Part shown: in pieces, positions 18,858 through 27,632 of the stretch
Layout of the letters: the number at the start of each line of letters is the position of its first letter
How positions within the stretch are numbered: position 1 is the first letter of the stretch
Origin: a bacterium
GTDB lineage: Bacteria > Zhuqueibacterota > Zhuqueibacteria > Residuimicrobiales > Krinioviventaceae
Direction: 5' to 3'
NCBI GenBank assembly: GCA_963674595.2
Contig: CAXXFV010000023.1
Span: 256,001-320,000, forward strand
Length of the DNA: 64,000 bases
The notes under the pieces: model-generated
Database searches by the model: none
Told to the model about the DNA's origin: nothing
Seen by the model: only the letters and a program-made list of their open reading frames with translations
Made by a program: the position numbers and the translations under genes

Positions 18858-20592
18858 CCTTTAAACTTGGAATGCGAAAAGCAGCCAGAATATCGTTTTG
18901 ACTGATAATTCCCACGAGTAATGAGCGGTCTCTTTTATCAACAACCGGCAGGTAAGTGATGTCACTGCGTTTTTGAAAAATTATCAAAACTTCTCCAAGG
19001 GTTTGTTCCGGATGAACAGCCAGCGGTTCCGGTTTTAATAAATCACGTGCAACAACAATGCTGGAAAGAGATTCATCGACTAAAACATCCCGTATATCAC
19101 TGTAATCCAGTATGCCCAAAAAGTGGTTTTCATCATCAACTATGGGAAATCGATCGTATTTACTGTGTGAAATTAATTTTAATATATTATTAAAGTGTGT
19201 TTTTTCATTTATAGTGTCGACATTCTTTCTCATAACGTGCTGAATAAGAATGTCGGACGGACTTTTGAATTTATGACCTACTGGAATACCCAGTGAACGT
19301 CTGAAATGCTCAAGAACATGATGTAAACCCTCATAAGTCCCTTCCGGTGCACGTTTAACAAGCAATGTTAAAACAGGGACCTCGCCGGAATGCACCAAAG
19401 CATGTCGTACTGAAATAGGACCGATAAGTTCGAAAATTACGACCGATCCTAAAATAAGTGATTGTACTATCATACCGCCTTCCGGCCAAATTTGGGCCAG
19501 CGTTTGCGATAGCCCTATTGCTACTCCTGCCTGGGCCATAAGCGCATAACCCAGCCATTTTCTTTCCACAAGGCCAAATCCACCCAGTTTTGTTCCAATC
19601 CAACTGCCAAAGATTTTACCGGCAATTCGGAAAATAATGTATATCATGCCTAAAAATCCGATATGCGCTAATGCGTCAATATGTAAACTGGCACCGGCAA
19701 TGACAAAAAATAGCACATAAAGTGGATAGTCGATGCTTCTGAGTGCTTCGAATAACATTTTAGATTTTGGTGAAGAGTTGATAATAACAACACCGGCGAT
19801 AAAGCAGTCTAAAAACAGATCAATATGTAATAGCCGGGAGATACCGACGTTGGCAATTACGGCACCAAGTAACAAAAGCTGCATTTCAACCCTTTTTTCC
19901 ATTTTTTGGGCCCAGATACTGATAATAAAACCTGTCAATATTCCAAGTCCAACAGGCGCCAGTAACTTCCAGATGAGTGTGAGATAAGATCCCTGGGCCT
20001 GGAAAAGATAGCGGGTAATAATGTTAAAAGTAATGATAGAAATTAAATTGTTCAAGCCGATGAGGGCCAATACCAGGTCTGTTACCGGGCCGTCTGACTC
20101 ATATTCCCGAATAACAAGCAGTGACGCTGCCGGAGCTGTGGCAATGGAAATAACACCCATGAAAACGGACAAGTATATGGATGTTGTCAACACACTCATG
20201 GAAGAGTGTATCGTGGTTTTTATAAAAAATAAATTTGTTAAAAACAGTGACAAGCCCACTAGAACAAATGTAATAAGGGTCTCTGAAACTGAAAGCACGG
20301 CAAGCCTTTTACCCCAGCGGAGTAACGAGTCTGTTTTAAATTGACTGCCGATTACAAGCATGATCATTGCCAGTGCAATATCGGAGAGTACGATAATATC
20401 ATGAATCGATTCGGCTTTAATTAAGGCCGGGTATCCCAATAATTTTGCTAAAGACGGACCTGTCAGCAAACCGACAATAAGATAGGCCGTTACTTTGGGG
20501 ATATGAATTTTACTTAGTAACCTTGAAAAAATCAGAGCAGCCATAAACGCTGTTCCAATTCCCAGTAAAACATGTCCGTAATGTGTTGTCAA
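18850..20592 (-). CDS. Cation:proton antiporter (CPA family) with C-terminal CBS pair
   Basis: About 12 TM helices, ATAPAA, FFVIAGASL, QAGVAIGL, ELIGP; CBS motifs RFPIVD..GIL and YLPVVD..VGIISQNDIL; TTG start with AGGA RBS. Confidence 0.9.
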   Translation of the reverse strand: MTTHYGHVLLGIGTAFMAALIFSRLLSKIHIPKVTAYLIVGLLTGPSLAKLLGYPALIKAESIHDIIVLSDIALAMIMLVIGSQFKTDSLLRWGKRLAVLSVSETLITFVLVGLSLFLTNLFFIKTTIHSSMSVLTTSIYLSVFMGVISIATAPAASLLVIREYESDGPVTDLVLALIGLNNLISIITFNIITRYLFQAQGSYLTLIWKLLAPVGLGILTGFIISIWAQKMEKRVEMQLLLLGAVIANVGISRLLHIDLFLDCFIAGVVIINSSPKSKMLFEALRSIDYPLYVLFFVIAGASLHIDALAHIGFLGMIYIIFRIAGKIFGSWIGTKLGGFGLVERKWLGYALMAQAGVAIGLSQTLAQIWPEGGMIVQSLILGSVVIFELIGPISVRHALVHSGEVPVLTLLVKRAPEGTYEGLHHVLEHFRRSLGIPVGHKFKSPSDILIQHVMRKNVDTINEKTHFNNILKLISHSKYDRFPIVDDENHFLGILDYSDIRDVLVDESLSSIVVARDLLKPEPLAVHPEQTLGEVLIIFQKRSDITYLPVVDKRDRSLLVGIISQNDILAAFRIPSLKDE

Positions 20593-20788
20593 GCGACATC
20601 CTTTCTTGATATTATAATTATAAAATATACCAGATTATATATAATATCAATATTAATATCAAGTTTATTCCTTTTGCCGTTATAAAAGAGATTTGCTATA
20701 AAAACGTATGATAATTAAATTTTTCTTGGATTCTTGCTTTTGATTTTGTTCATTTGAAAAATACAAATTTTTTTAATAAAAAAGAAGG

Positions 20789-22057
20789 ATGTTGATTACT
20801 GTGGAAAAAAATAGACGAGAACCATCAGGCATTTACCGTTGGACTGTTTTGTTTTTTATCAGTTTGGCAATGTTCGGTAATTATTATATTTATGACAGTA
20901 TAAGTCCTCTTGCTGATCTTTTGAAAAATCAGTTGGGATTTTCTGACAGTAATATAGGTTTATTAAATGCGATTTATAGTATTCCCAATGTCATTATGGT
21001 GTTGATCGGCGGAATTCTTATTGATCGTATCGGTACAAAACGCGCTTCGTTTTTGTTTGCCGCTTTTTGCATGATCGGCGCCATTATAACTTCATTACAG
21101 GGAAATGTGGCTTTAATGGCCACCGGACGACTTGTCTTTGGTTTAGGTGCAGAGTCATTGATTGTTGCTATTACAACGGTCATTGCAAAATGGTTCAAGG
21201 GAAAAGAGTTGTCCTTTGCTTTTGGTTTGAATTTAACCATTGCCCGTTTGGGAACATTTGCCGCACTTAATTCACCGACTTGGGCAAAATCTTTATATGT
21301 GAATTGGCAATATCCGTTATTGATTTCTGTTGCTGCCGGTGTAATTTCGGTATTAGCTGTTATTGTCTATTTTTCCATGGAACGTTATGCTGATAAACAT
21401 TTTACAATCAGCGAATCTGATAAAGTTGATAAAGTATCCTGGGGTGAAATTTTTAGAATGAGTCCATCGTTTTGGTATATTACTCTTTTATGTGTTACGT
21501 TTTATTCGGCTGTTTTTCCTTTTCAAACATTTGCCGTCAAGTTTTTTATGGAACATCATGGAATAAGCCGGTCTATGGCAGGATTTACTTCCAGTTTTAT
21601 CACCTTTGCATCCATGATCGGTACACCGCTTTTTGGTTTAATGATTGACCGCATTGGTAAAAGGGCTTCTGTTATGATGCTGGGCTCATTGCTGCTTGTT
21701 CCCGTATATTTATTGTTGGTCTATACGCCGCTTCACCCGCTTGTGCCAATGGTTATGATGGGTATTGCTTTTTCACTTGTTCCTGCATCCATGTGGCCTT
21801 CTGTTGCCTTAATTGTGGAACAAAATAAGCTGGGAACAGCCTATGGTTTAATGACAATGATTCAAAATATAGGACTGGCCGGTTTTAATCTTGTTATTGG
21901 TTTTGCAAATGATCAAACCGGCGGCTATTCTGCCGGAATGTGGATTTTTTCAATATTGGGATTTGCCGGAATGTACTTTGCGTTTATGTTAAAACGTGCT
22001 GATCAAAAATCCGGAAACGGAAGACTCGAAAATAGTACTGTGAAATCGCCTGTTTAA
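20789..22057 (+). CDS. MFS transporter (MFSD1-like)
   Basis: 12-TM pattern; GGILIDRIGTKR motif A, repeated as GLMIDRIGKR; GRLVFGLGAES, WFKGKEL. Confidence 0.92.
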   Translation: MLITVEKNRREPSGIYRWTVLFFISLAMFGNYYIYDSISPLADLLKNQLGFSDSNIGLLNAIYSIPNVIMVLIGGILIDRIGTKRASFLFAAFCMIGAIITSLQGNVALMATGRLVFGLGAESLIVAITTVIAKWFKGKELSFAFGLNLTIARLGTFAALNSPTWAKSLYVNWQYPLLISVAAGVISVLAVIVYFSMERYADKHFTISESDKVDKVSWGEIFRMSPSFWYITLLCVTFYSAVFPFQTFAVKFFMEHHGISRSMAGFTSSFITFASMIGTPLFGLMIDRIGKRASVMMLGSLLLVPVYLLLVYTPLHPLVPMVMMGIAFSLVPASMWPSVALIVEQNKLGTAYGLMTMIQNIGLAGFNLVIGFANDQTGGYSAGMWIFSILGFAGMYFAFMLKRADQKSGNGRLENSTVKSPV

Positions 22058-22091
22058 TACTGTGAGATAATTAATCGATTATGGAGAAGTT

Positions 22092-22976
22092 ATGAAAAAA
22101 TTTTATTTGTTTATTTTTTGTCTAAGTATTTCATTAATTCAATGTGCTCCACCCCAAAATACTGTTTCAATTATGACATTTAATCTGAGATATGGGACGG
22201 CTGATGATGGTGACAACTCGTGGGAGTTTCGAAAAGACATGCTGATTGAATGTATACAACAATATAACCCGGATATTCTGGGCGTCCAGGAAGCATTACC
22301 CATGCAGATAGAAAAAATATCATCCGCGTTTAAAGATTATAAAGTTTTTGGAGTCGGCAGATATTACAACGTAGAAATTGATGAAAGGCCCCAGGAAAGT
22401 ATGAATGGTGAGTCTTGCAACATTTTTTATAATGCTAAAAAGTTTGAACTTTTGGACCATGGAACCTTTTGGCATAGCGATACTCCGGATGTCCCTGCAA
22501 GCATGACATGGGGAAATAATCTTCCCCGCATTACCACATGGGGCATTCTTAAAGACTTGCAAACAGATAAGCAGTTTGTTGTGTTTAATAACCATTACGA
22601 CGGCCGTGAACCCTGTGCTTCCAATACAACAAAATTAAATTTGAAAAAATGGAAAGAAATTGCCGGAGAAAAACCAAGCATTTTTATGGGAGATTTTAAT
22701 CTCGAACCGTCCTCTGTCGGGCACCAGATGTTTTGCGAGCCTGATCAGAACGATTTATTAAAAGGCAATTTTGTGGATGTTTGGCAAGCATTAAATAAAG
22801 ATGAAGAGAATGCCGGCACTTCTAATGATTTTAACGGCCGGAAAGATAAAGCCCGAATTGACTGGTTTTTGACAACAAAAAACATTAAAGCTGAAAAGAT
22901 TGAAATCGTTTATTTTAATAAAAACGGCCGTTATCCGAGCGACCATTATCCTGTTTACACTGAATTGTCATTTTAA
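22092..22976 (+). CDS. Endonuclease/exonuclease/phosphatase (EEP) family lipoprotein
   Basis: MTFNLRY, DILGVQE, GDFN, RIDW, SDHYPV; signal peptide with Cys. Confidence 0.92.
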   Translation: MKKFYLFIFCLSISLIQCAPPQNTVSIMTFNLRYGTADDGDNSWEFRKDMLIECIQQYNPDILGVQEALPMQIEKISSAFKDYKVFGVGRYYNVEIDERPQESMNGESCNIFYNAKKFELLDHGTFWHSDTPDVPASMTWGNNLPRITTWGILKDLQTDKQFVVFNNHYDGREPCASNTTKLNLKKWKEIAGEKPSIFMGDFNLEPSSVGHQMFCEPDQNDLLKGNFVDVWQALNKDEENAGTSNDFNGRKDKARIDWFLTTKNIKAEKIEIVYFNKNGRYPSDHYPVYTELSF

Positions 22977-23103
22977 TCGTCCTCAATAAATATTAGGATT
23001 ATTTTGCCGTTAATGTTGTTACGTTAATAGGTTCACATATTTTTTGGTATAAACTGAAAAGGGGGAATTGTTTGAACATATTAACTATAACGGGAGGTCA
23101 GTT

Positions 23104-23517
23104 ATGGCAAAAGTATATTTAACCAGGCGGGTCCATTTTTCCGCATCTCACAGGTTACATACTGACCAGCTTTCCGCTGAAGAAAATTGGCAGCTTTATG
23201 GTCGGTGCAATAACCCCTTGGGACACGGGCATAATTATGAACTTGAAATTACAATTTGCGGTGAACCGGACCCCATAACAGGAATGATAATAGATTTAAA
23301 AGAATTAAAAAATATTGTTGAACAGGAAATTATAGAGCGTGTAGACCATAAACATCTTAATTTTGATGTGGATTTTCTTCAGGGAATCGTTCCGACAGCA
23401 GAAAATATTATTGTAGAATTTTGGAAGATACTTGAAGATAAATTCCCGAATGGAGAGCTCTATGAAATAAAACTTTATGAAACACCAAGAAATATTGCAA
23501 TTTACAGAGGTGAATAA
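23104..23517 (+). CDS. 6-pyruvoyl-tetrahydropterin synthase (PTPS/QueD superfamily, type-II CX5HGH motif)
   Basis: [42 protein letters not shown]. Start set at ATG 23104 after a GGGAGG RBS (ORF track start 23068). Confidence 0.92.
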   Translation: MAKVYLTRRVHFSASHRLHTDQLSAEENWQLYGRCNNPLGHGHNYELEITICGEPDPITGMIIDLKELKNIVEQEIIERVDHKHLNFDVDFLQGIVPTAENIIVEFWKILEDKFPNGELYEIKLYETPRNIAIYRGE

Positions 23518-23518
23518 T

Positions 23519-24079
23519 ATGTCAAGTGAATTTCAAAAATTGATTCATAGGCAGTTGGAATTGATAGGTGAGGATACAACAAGAGAAGGCCTTTTGCGTA
23601 CCCCCGAACGAGTTGAAAGTGCCTACGAATTTTTAACCACCGGTTACACAGCAGACATTAACGAGATCATTAATAATGCAATTTTTCATGAAGATTGCCG
23701 TGATATGGTTCTGGTCCGTAATATAGAATTTTACAGTTTGTGTGAGCACCACATGCTTCCATTTTATGGTAAATGTCATGTGGCTTATTTGCCCAAAGGT
23801 AAAATTATCGGGCTGAGTAAAATCCCTCGAATTGTTGATGTTTTTGCCCGCAGGTTACAGGTTCAGGAACGTATGACAAACCAAATTGCCAGAAAACTTG
23901 AGGAAATATTAGCTCCGGATGGTATTGCCGTTATTGTGGAAGGAAAACATCTTTGCATGATGATGCGGGGCGTAGAAAAGCAAAACAGTTTTATTACGAC
24001 CAGCGCCATGTTTGGGGCATTCAAGCAGGAGCGTGCGACCCGTATGGAATTACTGAATTTGTTGAACACCAGGGGTTGA
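23519..24079 (+). CDS. folE: GTP cyclohydrolase I
   Basis: [47 protein letters not shown]; ATG 1 nt after the PTPS stop. Confidence 0.97.
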   Translation: MSSEFQKLIHRQLELIGEDTTREGLLRTPERVESAYEFLTTGYTADINEIINNAIFHEDCRDMVLVRNIEFYSLCEHHMLPFYGKCHVAYLPKGKIIGLSKIPRIVDVFARRLQVQERMTNQIARKLEEILAPDGIAVIVEGKHLCMMMRGVEKQNSFITTSAMFGAFKQERATRMELLNLLNTRG

Positions 24080-24081
24080 TA

Positions 24082-24801
24082 ATGGTTGATAACTCGTTAA
24101 AAGATAAAATAGTTTGGATAACAGGCGGTGGCAGGGGTATTGGCCAGGCTGCGGCAGAAGCTTTTGCAAAAATGGGGAGCAAGGTTGTCGTTTCCGCCCG
24201 AACAGAAGAGCAGGTCATGCAAACCGTCCGTGAAATTCAAAATTCCGGGGGAACTGCGCGTGCCGGTGTTTGCGATGTTACCAAAGCTGACCAGGTCCAA
24301 AATACTGTTAATATGATAAAAGATAATTGGGGAACTGTTGATATTCTGGTAAACAATGCCGGTATTGGCATTTTTAAAAAAATTTTAAATACAACGTTGG
24401 ATGATTGGCAGACCATGCTGGATGTTAATTTAACATCTGCTTTTTTATGCACCCAGGCTGTGCTGCCGGACATGATTGAAAATAAAAATGGCATGATCTT
24501 GAATATTGTTTCTGTTGCCGGAAAACAGCCCTATTATAATTGCGGCGGATATTGTGCTTCAAAATATGGTATGCTTGGTTTTACGGATGTTTTAAGAATG
24601 GAAACCCGGAAACACGGTATAAAGGTTGTTGCCGTATTACCCGGCGCAACAGATACGGATATATGGGGGGACGCAAATGTTGATCGCACATTAATGATGA
24701 CGCCCCAACAGGTTGCGAACTCTATTGTATCGGCTTGTACGACCGCCCCGGACGCAATGGTTGAAGAGATTGTTTTAAGACCTGTCGGTGGTGATTTGTA
24801 A
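24082..24801 (+). CDS. SDR oxidoreductase, sepiapterin-reductase-like
   Basis: TGGGRGIG, NNAG, S...YCASK catalytic residues; TDIWG and C-terminal VEEIVLRPVGGDL resemble Chlorobium-type sepiapterin reductase; ATG 2 nt after the folE stop. Confidence 0.85.
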   Translation: MVDNSLKDKIVWITGGGRGIGQAAAEAFAKMGSKVVVSARTEEQVMQTVREIQNSGGTARAGVCDVTKADQVQNTVNMIKDNWGTVDILVNNAGIGIFKKILNTTLDDWQTMLDVNLTSAFLCTQAVLPDMIENKNGMILNIVSVAGKQPYYNCGGYCASKYGMLGFTDVLRMETRKHGIKVVAVLPGATDTDIWGDANVDRTLMMTPQQVANSIVSACTTAPDAMVEEIVLRPVGGDL

Positions 24802-24837
24802 TTTGTATTTTTATTTTCCAAAATGGGAGAGGTTAAC

Positions 24838-25527
24838 ATGCTAAAATTAACTTATTTTTCTCATGATGCTTTTTTATTACAAAATGCCGATACAAAGTTG
24901 ATTTTTGATCCGTTCCTGACCGGTAATCCCAATGCTGTTATAACTCCGGAAGAAATTAAAACAGATTATGTTTTGCTGACACACGGTCATGGAGATCATT
25001 TGGGCGATGGAATAGCCATTGCCAGTGACAATGATGCTATGATTATCGCTCCATACGAACTGGCCATTTATTGTGGTAAACAGGGGTGCAAAGTCCATCC
25101 CATGCACATCGGCGGAAGTTACCAGTTTCCCTTTGGACGTGTGAAATTGACCATTGCACATCATGGCTCCGGGGCCGATCTTGGCGATGGTGCCTTGTCT
25201 TATATGGGAAATCCATGTGGTTTTCTTGTTACTATTGGCGATAAAACAATTTATCACGCCGGTGATACCGGCCTGTTTATGGATATGAAACTCATTGGCG
25301 CCATGAATGAAATTGATATTGCCCTGTTACCCATTGGTGACAATTTTACAATGGGGATTGATGATGCCGTTAAAGCCGTAGAATTTTTACAGCCGGAATT
25401 AACAATCCCCATGCATTATCAGACTTTTGATGTTATCAATACAGACCCTGATTTGTTTGTTGAAAAAGTTCAGAATATGGGGCTGAACGCAATGGTCCTG
25501 GACTATGGGCAGACCATAGAGTTTTAG
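24838..25527 (+). CDS. Metal-dependent hydrolase, metallo-beta-lactamase fold (UPF0173/YtkL-like)
   Basis: DPFLTGNP, THGHGDH, YHAGDTGLF, LPIGD.FTMG, IPMHY; GGAGAGG RBS before ATG 24838. Confidence 0.92.
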   Translation: MLKLTYFSHDAFLLQNADTKLIFDPFLTGNPNAVITPEEIKTDYVLLTHGHGDHLGDGIAIASDNDAMIIAPYELAIYCGKQGCKVHPMHIGGSYQFPFGRVKLTIAHHGSGADLGDGALSYMGNPCGFLVTIGDKTIYHAGDTGLFMDMKLIGAMNEIDIALLPIGDNFTMGIDDAVKAVEFLQPELTIPMHYQTFDVINTDPDLFVEKVQNMGLNAMVLDYGQTIEF

Positions 25528-25618
25528 CTTGACTGACTTGGTTTTTATTAATATATTTTATTTCTTGACAAATATATAGTTAAATCAATTAAGAAATACT
25601 TTACAGTTTTTGAAAGAC

Positions 25619-25663
25619 AAAGGGTAGTTGGAAAGTTATTCTTTATACCGGCTACCTTTTTTT
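25619..25663 (+). terminator. Hairpin with U-tract after the pterin operon, upstream of the S55 protease gene
   Basis: AAAGGGTAGTTGG..AAAG-TTATT-CTTT..CCGGCTACC-TTTTTTT (stem contains G-U pairs). Confidence 0.55.
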
Positions 25664-25703
25664 AATCAGGGCTTTTAAGGTGAATTTGATATGAGGTGTT
25701 GTT

Positions 25704-27611
25704 CTGAGAAAAGTTGAAACGTTGCTTTTGGGCTTTGTGGTAATGGTTTGGTGTTTTTTTGCACCTTTATTCGCTTCCGAGTGGAATGCTGAAATTATGC
25801 CCCTCAAGGATGTTCAACCCGGCATGTCGGGCATCGGAAAAACGGTTTTTTATGGGGAAGAAATCGAAGATTTTGGTGTTCAGGTGGTTGATATTATCAA
25901 AGATTTTTACCCCAAAACAGACATTATCCTGGTTCGGTTGACCGGTGCAAAAGCGGAAAAAACAGGTGTTGTCAGCGGAATGAGCGGAAGTCCGGTTTAT
26001 ATCGACGGGAAACTGGTAGGTGCGCTTTCATTAAGGTTTGGCCAATTTATGAAGGAGCCGATAGGCGGGGTTATGCCGATTGAGCACATGTTTAAACTCG
26101 TTTCGAGTGAAAATGTCCGGCAAATTGAAACCGGTCTGTCCGGTGGAAATATCATGTCCTATTTACAATCTGCCTTGATTAAACCGGAGGAAAATTTTTG
26201 GGTAAAACAATTTAAAACGGTCCCTGAAACGAATAGTACATTTCCATCTCTGAAAAATATTCATGCGCCGCTGGTTTTTTCCGGTTTTAATGAAGAAATT
26301 ATTTCCCCCTACCAGGACGTGTTTGAAACGATGGGTTTTAAAGTTATGGCCGGAGGCGGGCAGTCAAGTCAAACAGATGTTCCAAAGGACTTTCAACCCG
26401 GTTCTGCTGTTTCACAAGTGTTTATCAGTGGGGATTATACCATCGAAGCAACAGGAACTGTAACGGCCGTCAATGACCATCGTATCCTTGCCTTTGGACA
26501 CCAGATTTTTAATTTAGGTCCGGTTAATTTCCCCATGTCTCATGCTAAAATTCTTGTTACATTACCGAGTTTAATGGGATCCAGCAAAATGGCGGTTGCA
26601 ACAGATATTGTTGGAACATTTCGTCAGGACAGACTTGCCGGTGTGCTGGGAGACCTCTCCGTATTACCTGAAATGGTCCCGGTTTCTCTTGATATTAATT
26701 CACCAATAGATGGTAAAAACAACTATTCTTTCAAAATGGCTTCCGACCGGTCCCTGAATAACCTGATGCCCTTTTTCCTGCGAATTGCTTTAATCCAGGG
26801 ATTGACAACGGCCCGTTTGTCAAGCAGTAATAATTCATTGTATTTGAACGGAACTATACATTTTTCTGATGGTCGCAAATTAAATTTTAAAGATTTTTTT
26901 TCATCCTATCAAAATTTGGGATTTTTTGCTCCGGGTAATGATGTCACAGCCGTTGGTGATCTGGTTGCCGGTCTTATGGGTGTTCTTATGGTAAACAATT
27001 TTAAAGCACCAGAGGTAACTAAAGTTGATCTGTCTGTGCAAAATGTTCCCGGAGAACATGTTGCCGGTATCAGCAGCATTCAATTGGACAAAGTTGAAGT
27101 TTCCCCCGGAGATTCACTGACTTTGACAATTCGTTTAAAAGATAGTTTTGAAAATAGAAAAAATATTGTCGAAAAAATAAAATTACCTCAAAAAATTTCT
27201 GCAAAAAAGTTAACGCTTATCGTTTCTTGTTCGGAAACGTTGACGCAATATGAAGTACAGGCAAGCCGGTATCGATTTGTTCCGAAAAATTTCAGGCATT
27301 TACTGGAAATATTGTCCAGACGCCGTCAATCCAACAACATTTATATTCAGCTTCGCGCCCGAGAAACAGGCCTTGCCATTAATGATGATGAACTTGTCGG
27401 GCTTCCACCGTCCATTATGAATGTTATGAATTCCGAATCCATTCAGGGTGAAGAAAATGTTATGAATGACAGAGTATTGTATGAGACAAATATCAGTACA
27501 GAATATATGCTGAGGGGCGCAAAAAAAATGAGCGTAAACATTAAACAACCGGCAAAGGCTGTTGTGCCGTCCTTTGATGAAGAAACTCCGAAAGAAACTT
27601 TTTTCTGGTAA
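25704..27611 (+). CDS. Secreted SpoIVB-like peptidase (S55 domain)
   Basis: GVVSGMSGSPVYIDGKLVGA (Ser motif) and GTVT..LAFGH (His motif); signal peptide. The ORF track starts at TTG 25722, but an in-frame CTG at 25704 follows a GAGGTG RBS and adds MRK. Confidence 0.88.
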   Translation: MRKVETLLLGFVVMVWCFFAPLFASEWNAEIMPLKDVQPGMSGIGKTVFYGEEIEDFGVQVVDIIKDFYPKTDIILVRLTGAKAEKTGVVSGMSGSPVYIDGKLVGALSLRFGQFMKEPIGGVMPIEHMFKLVSSENVRQIETGLSGGNIMSYLQSALIKPEENFWVKQFKTVPETNSTFPSLKNIHAPLVFSGFNEEIISPYQDVFETMGFKVMAGGGQSSQTDVPKDFQPGSAVSQVFISGDYTIEATGTVTAVNDHRILAFGHQIFNLGPVNFPMSHAKILVTLPSLMGSSKMAVATDIVGTFRQDRLAGVLGDLSVLPEMVPVSLDINSPIDGKNNYSFKMASDRSLNNLMPFFLRIALIQGLTTARLSSSNNSLYLNGTIHFSDGRKLNFKDFFSSYQNLGFFAPGNDVTAVGDLVAGLMGVLMVNNFKAPEVTKVDLSVQNVPGEHVAGISSIQLDKVEVSPGDSLTLTIRLKDSFENRKNIVEKIKLPQKISAKKLTLIVSCSETLTQYEVQASRYRFVPKNFRHLLEILSRRRQSNNIYIQLRARETGLAINDDELVGLPPSIMNVMNSESIQGEENVMNDRVLYETNISTEYMLRGAKKMSVNIKQPAKAVVPSFDEETPKETFFW

Positions 27612-27632
27612 TCAGGTAGATAAAAAGGTTTA

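Noticed and set aside
20606-20650. 11-bp perfect inverted repeat TTGATATTATA/TATAATATCAA in a divergent promoter region
   Set aside because: It is almost all A/T in a very AT-rich spacer and I cannot distinguish it from chance or from overlapping promoter elements.
22977-23103. Possible preQ1 riboswitch or operator (TTAATGT-N4-ACGTTAA, 23010-23027) upstream of the PTPS gene
   Set aside because: No preQ1 stem with its A-rich tail is recognisable, and the dyad is imperfect and AT-rich, so it could be chance.
23104-23517. Calling the PTPS gene queD because queH is in the window
   Set aside because: The motif spacing is C-X5-HGH and the operon context is folE plus a sepiapterin-reductase-like SDR, with no queC/queE adjacent.
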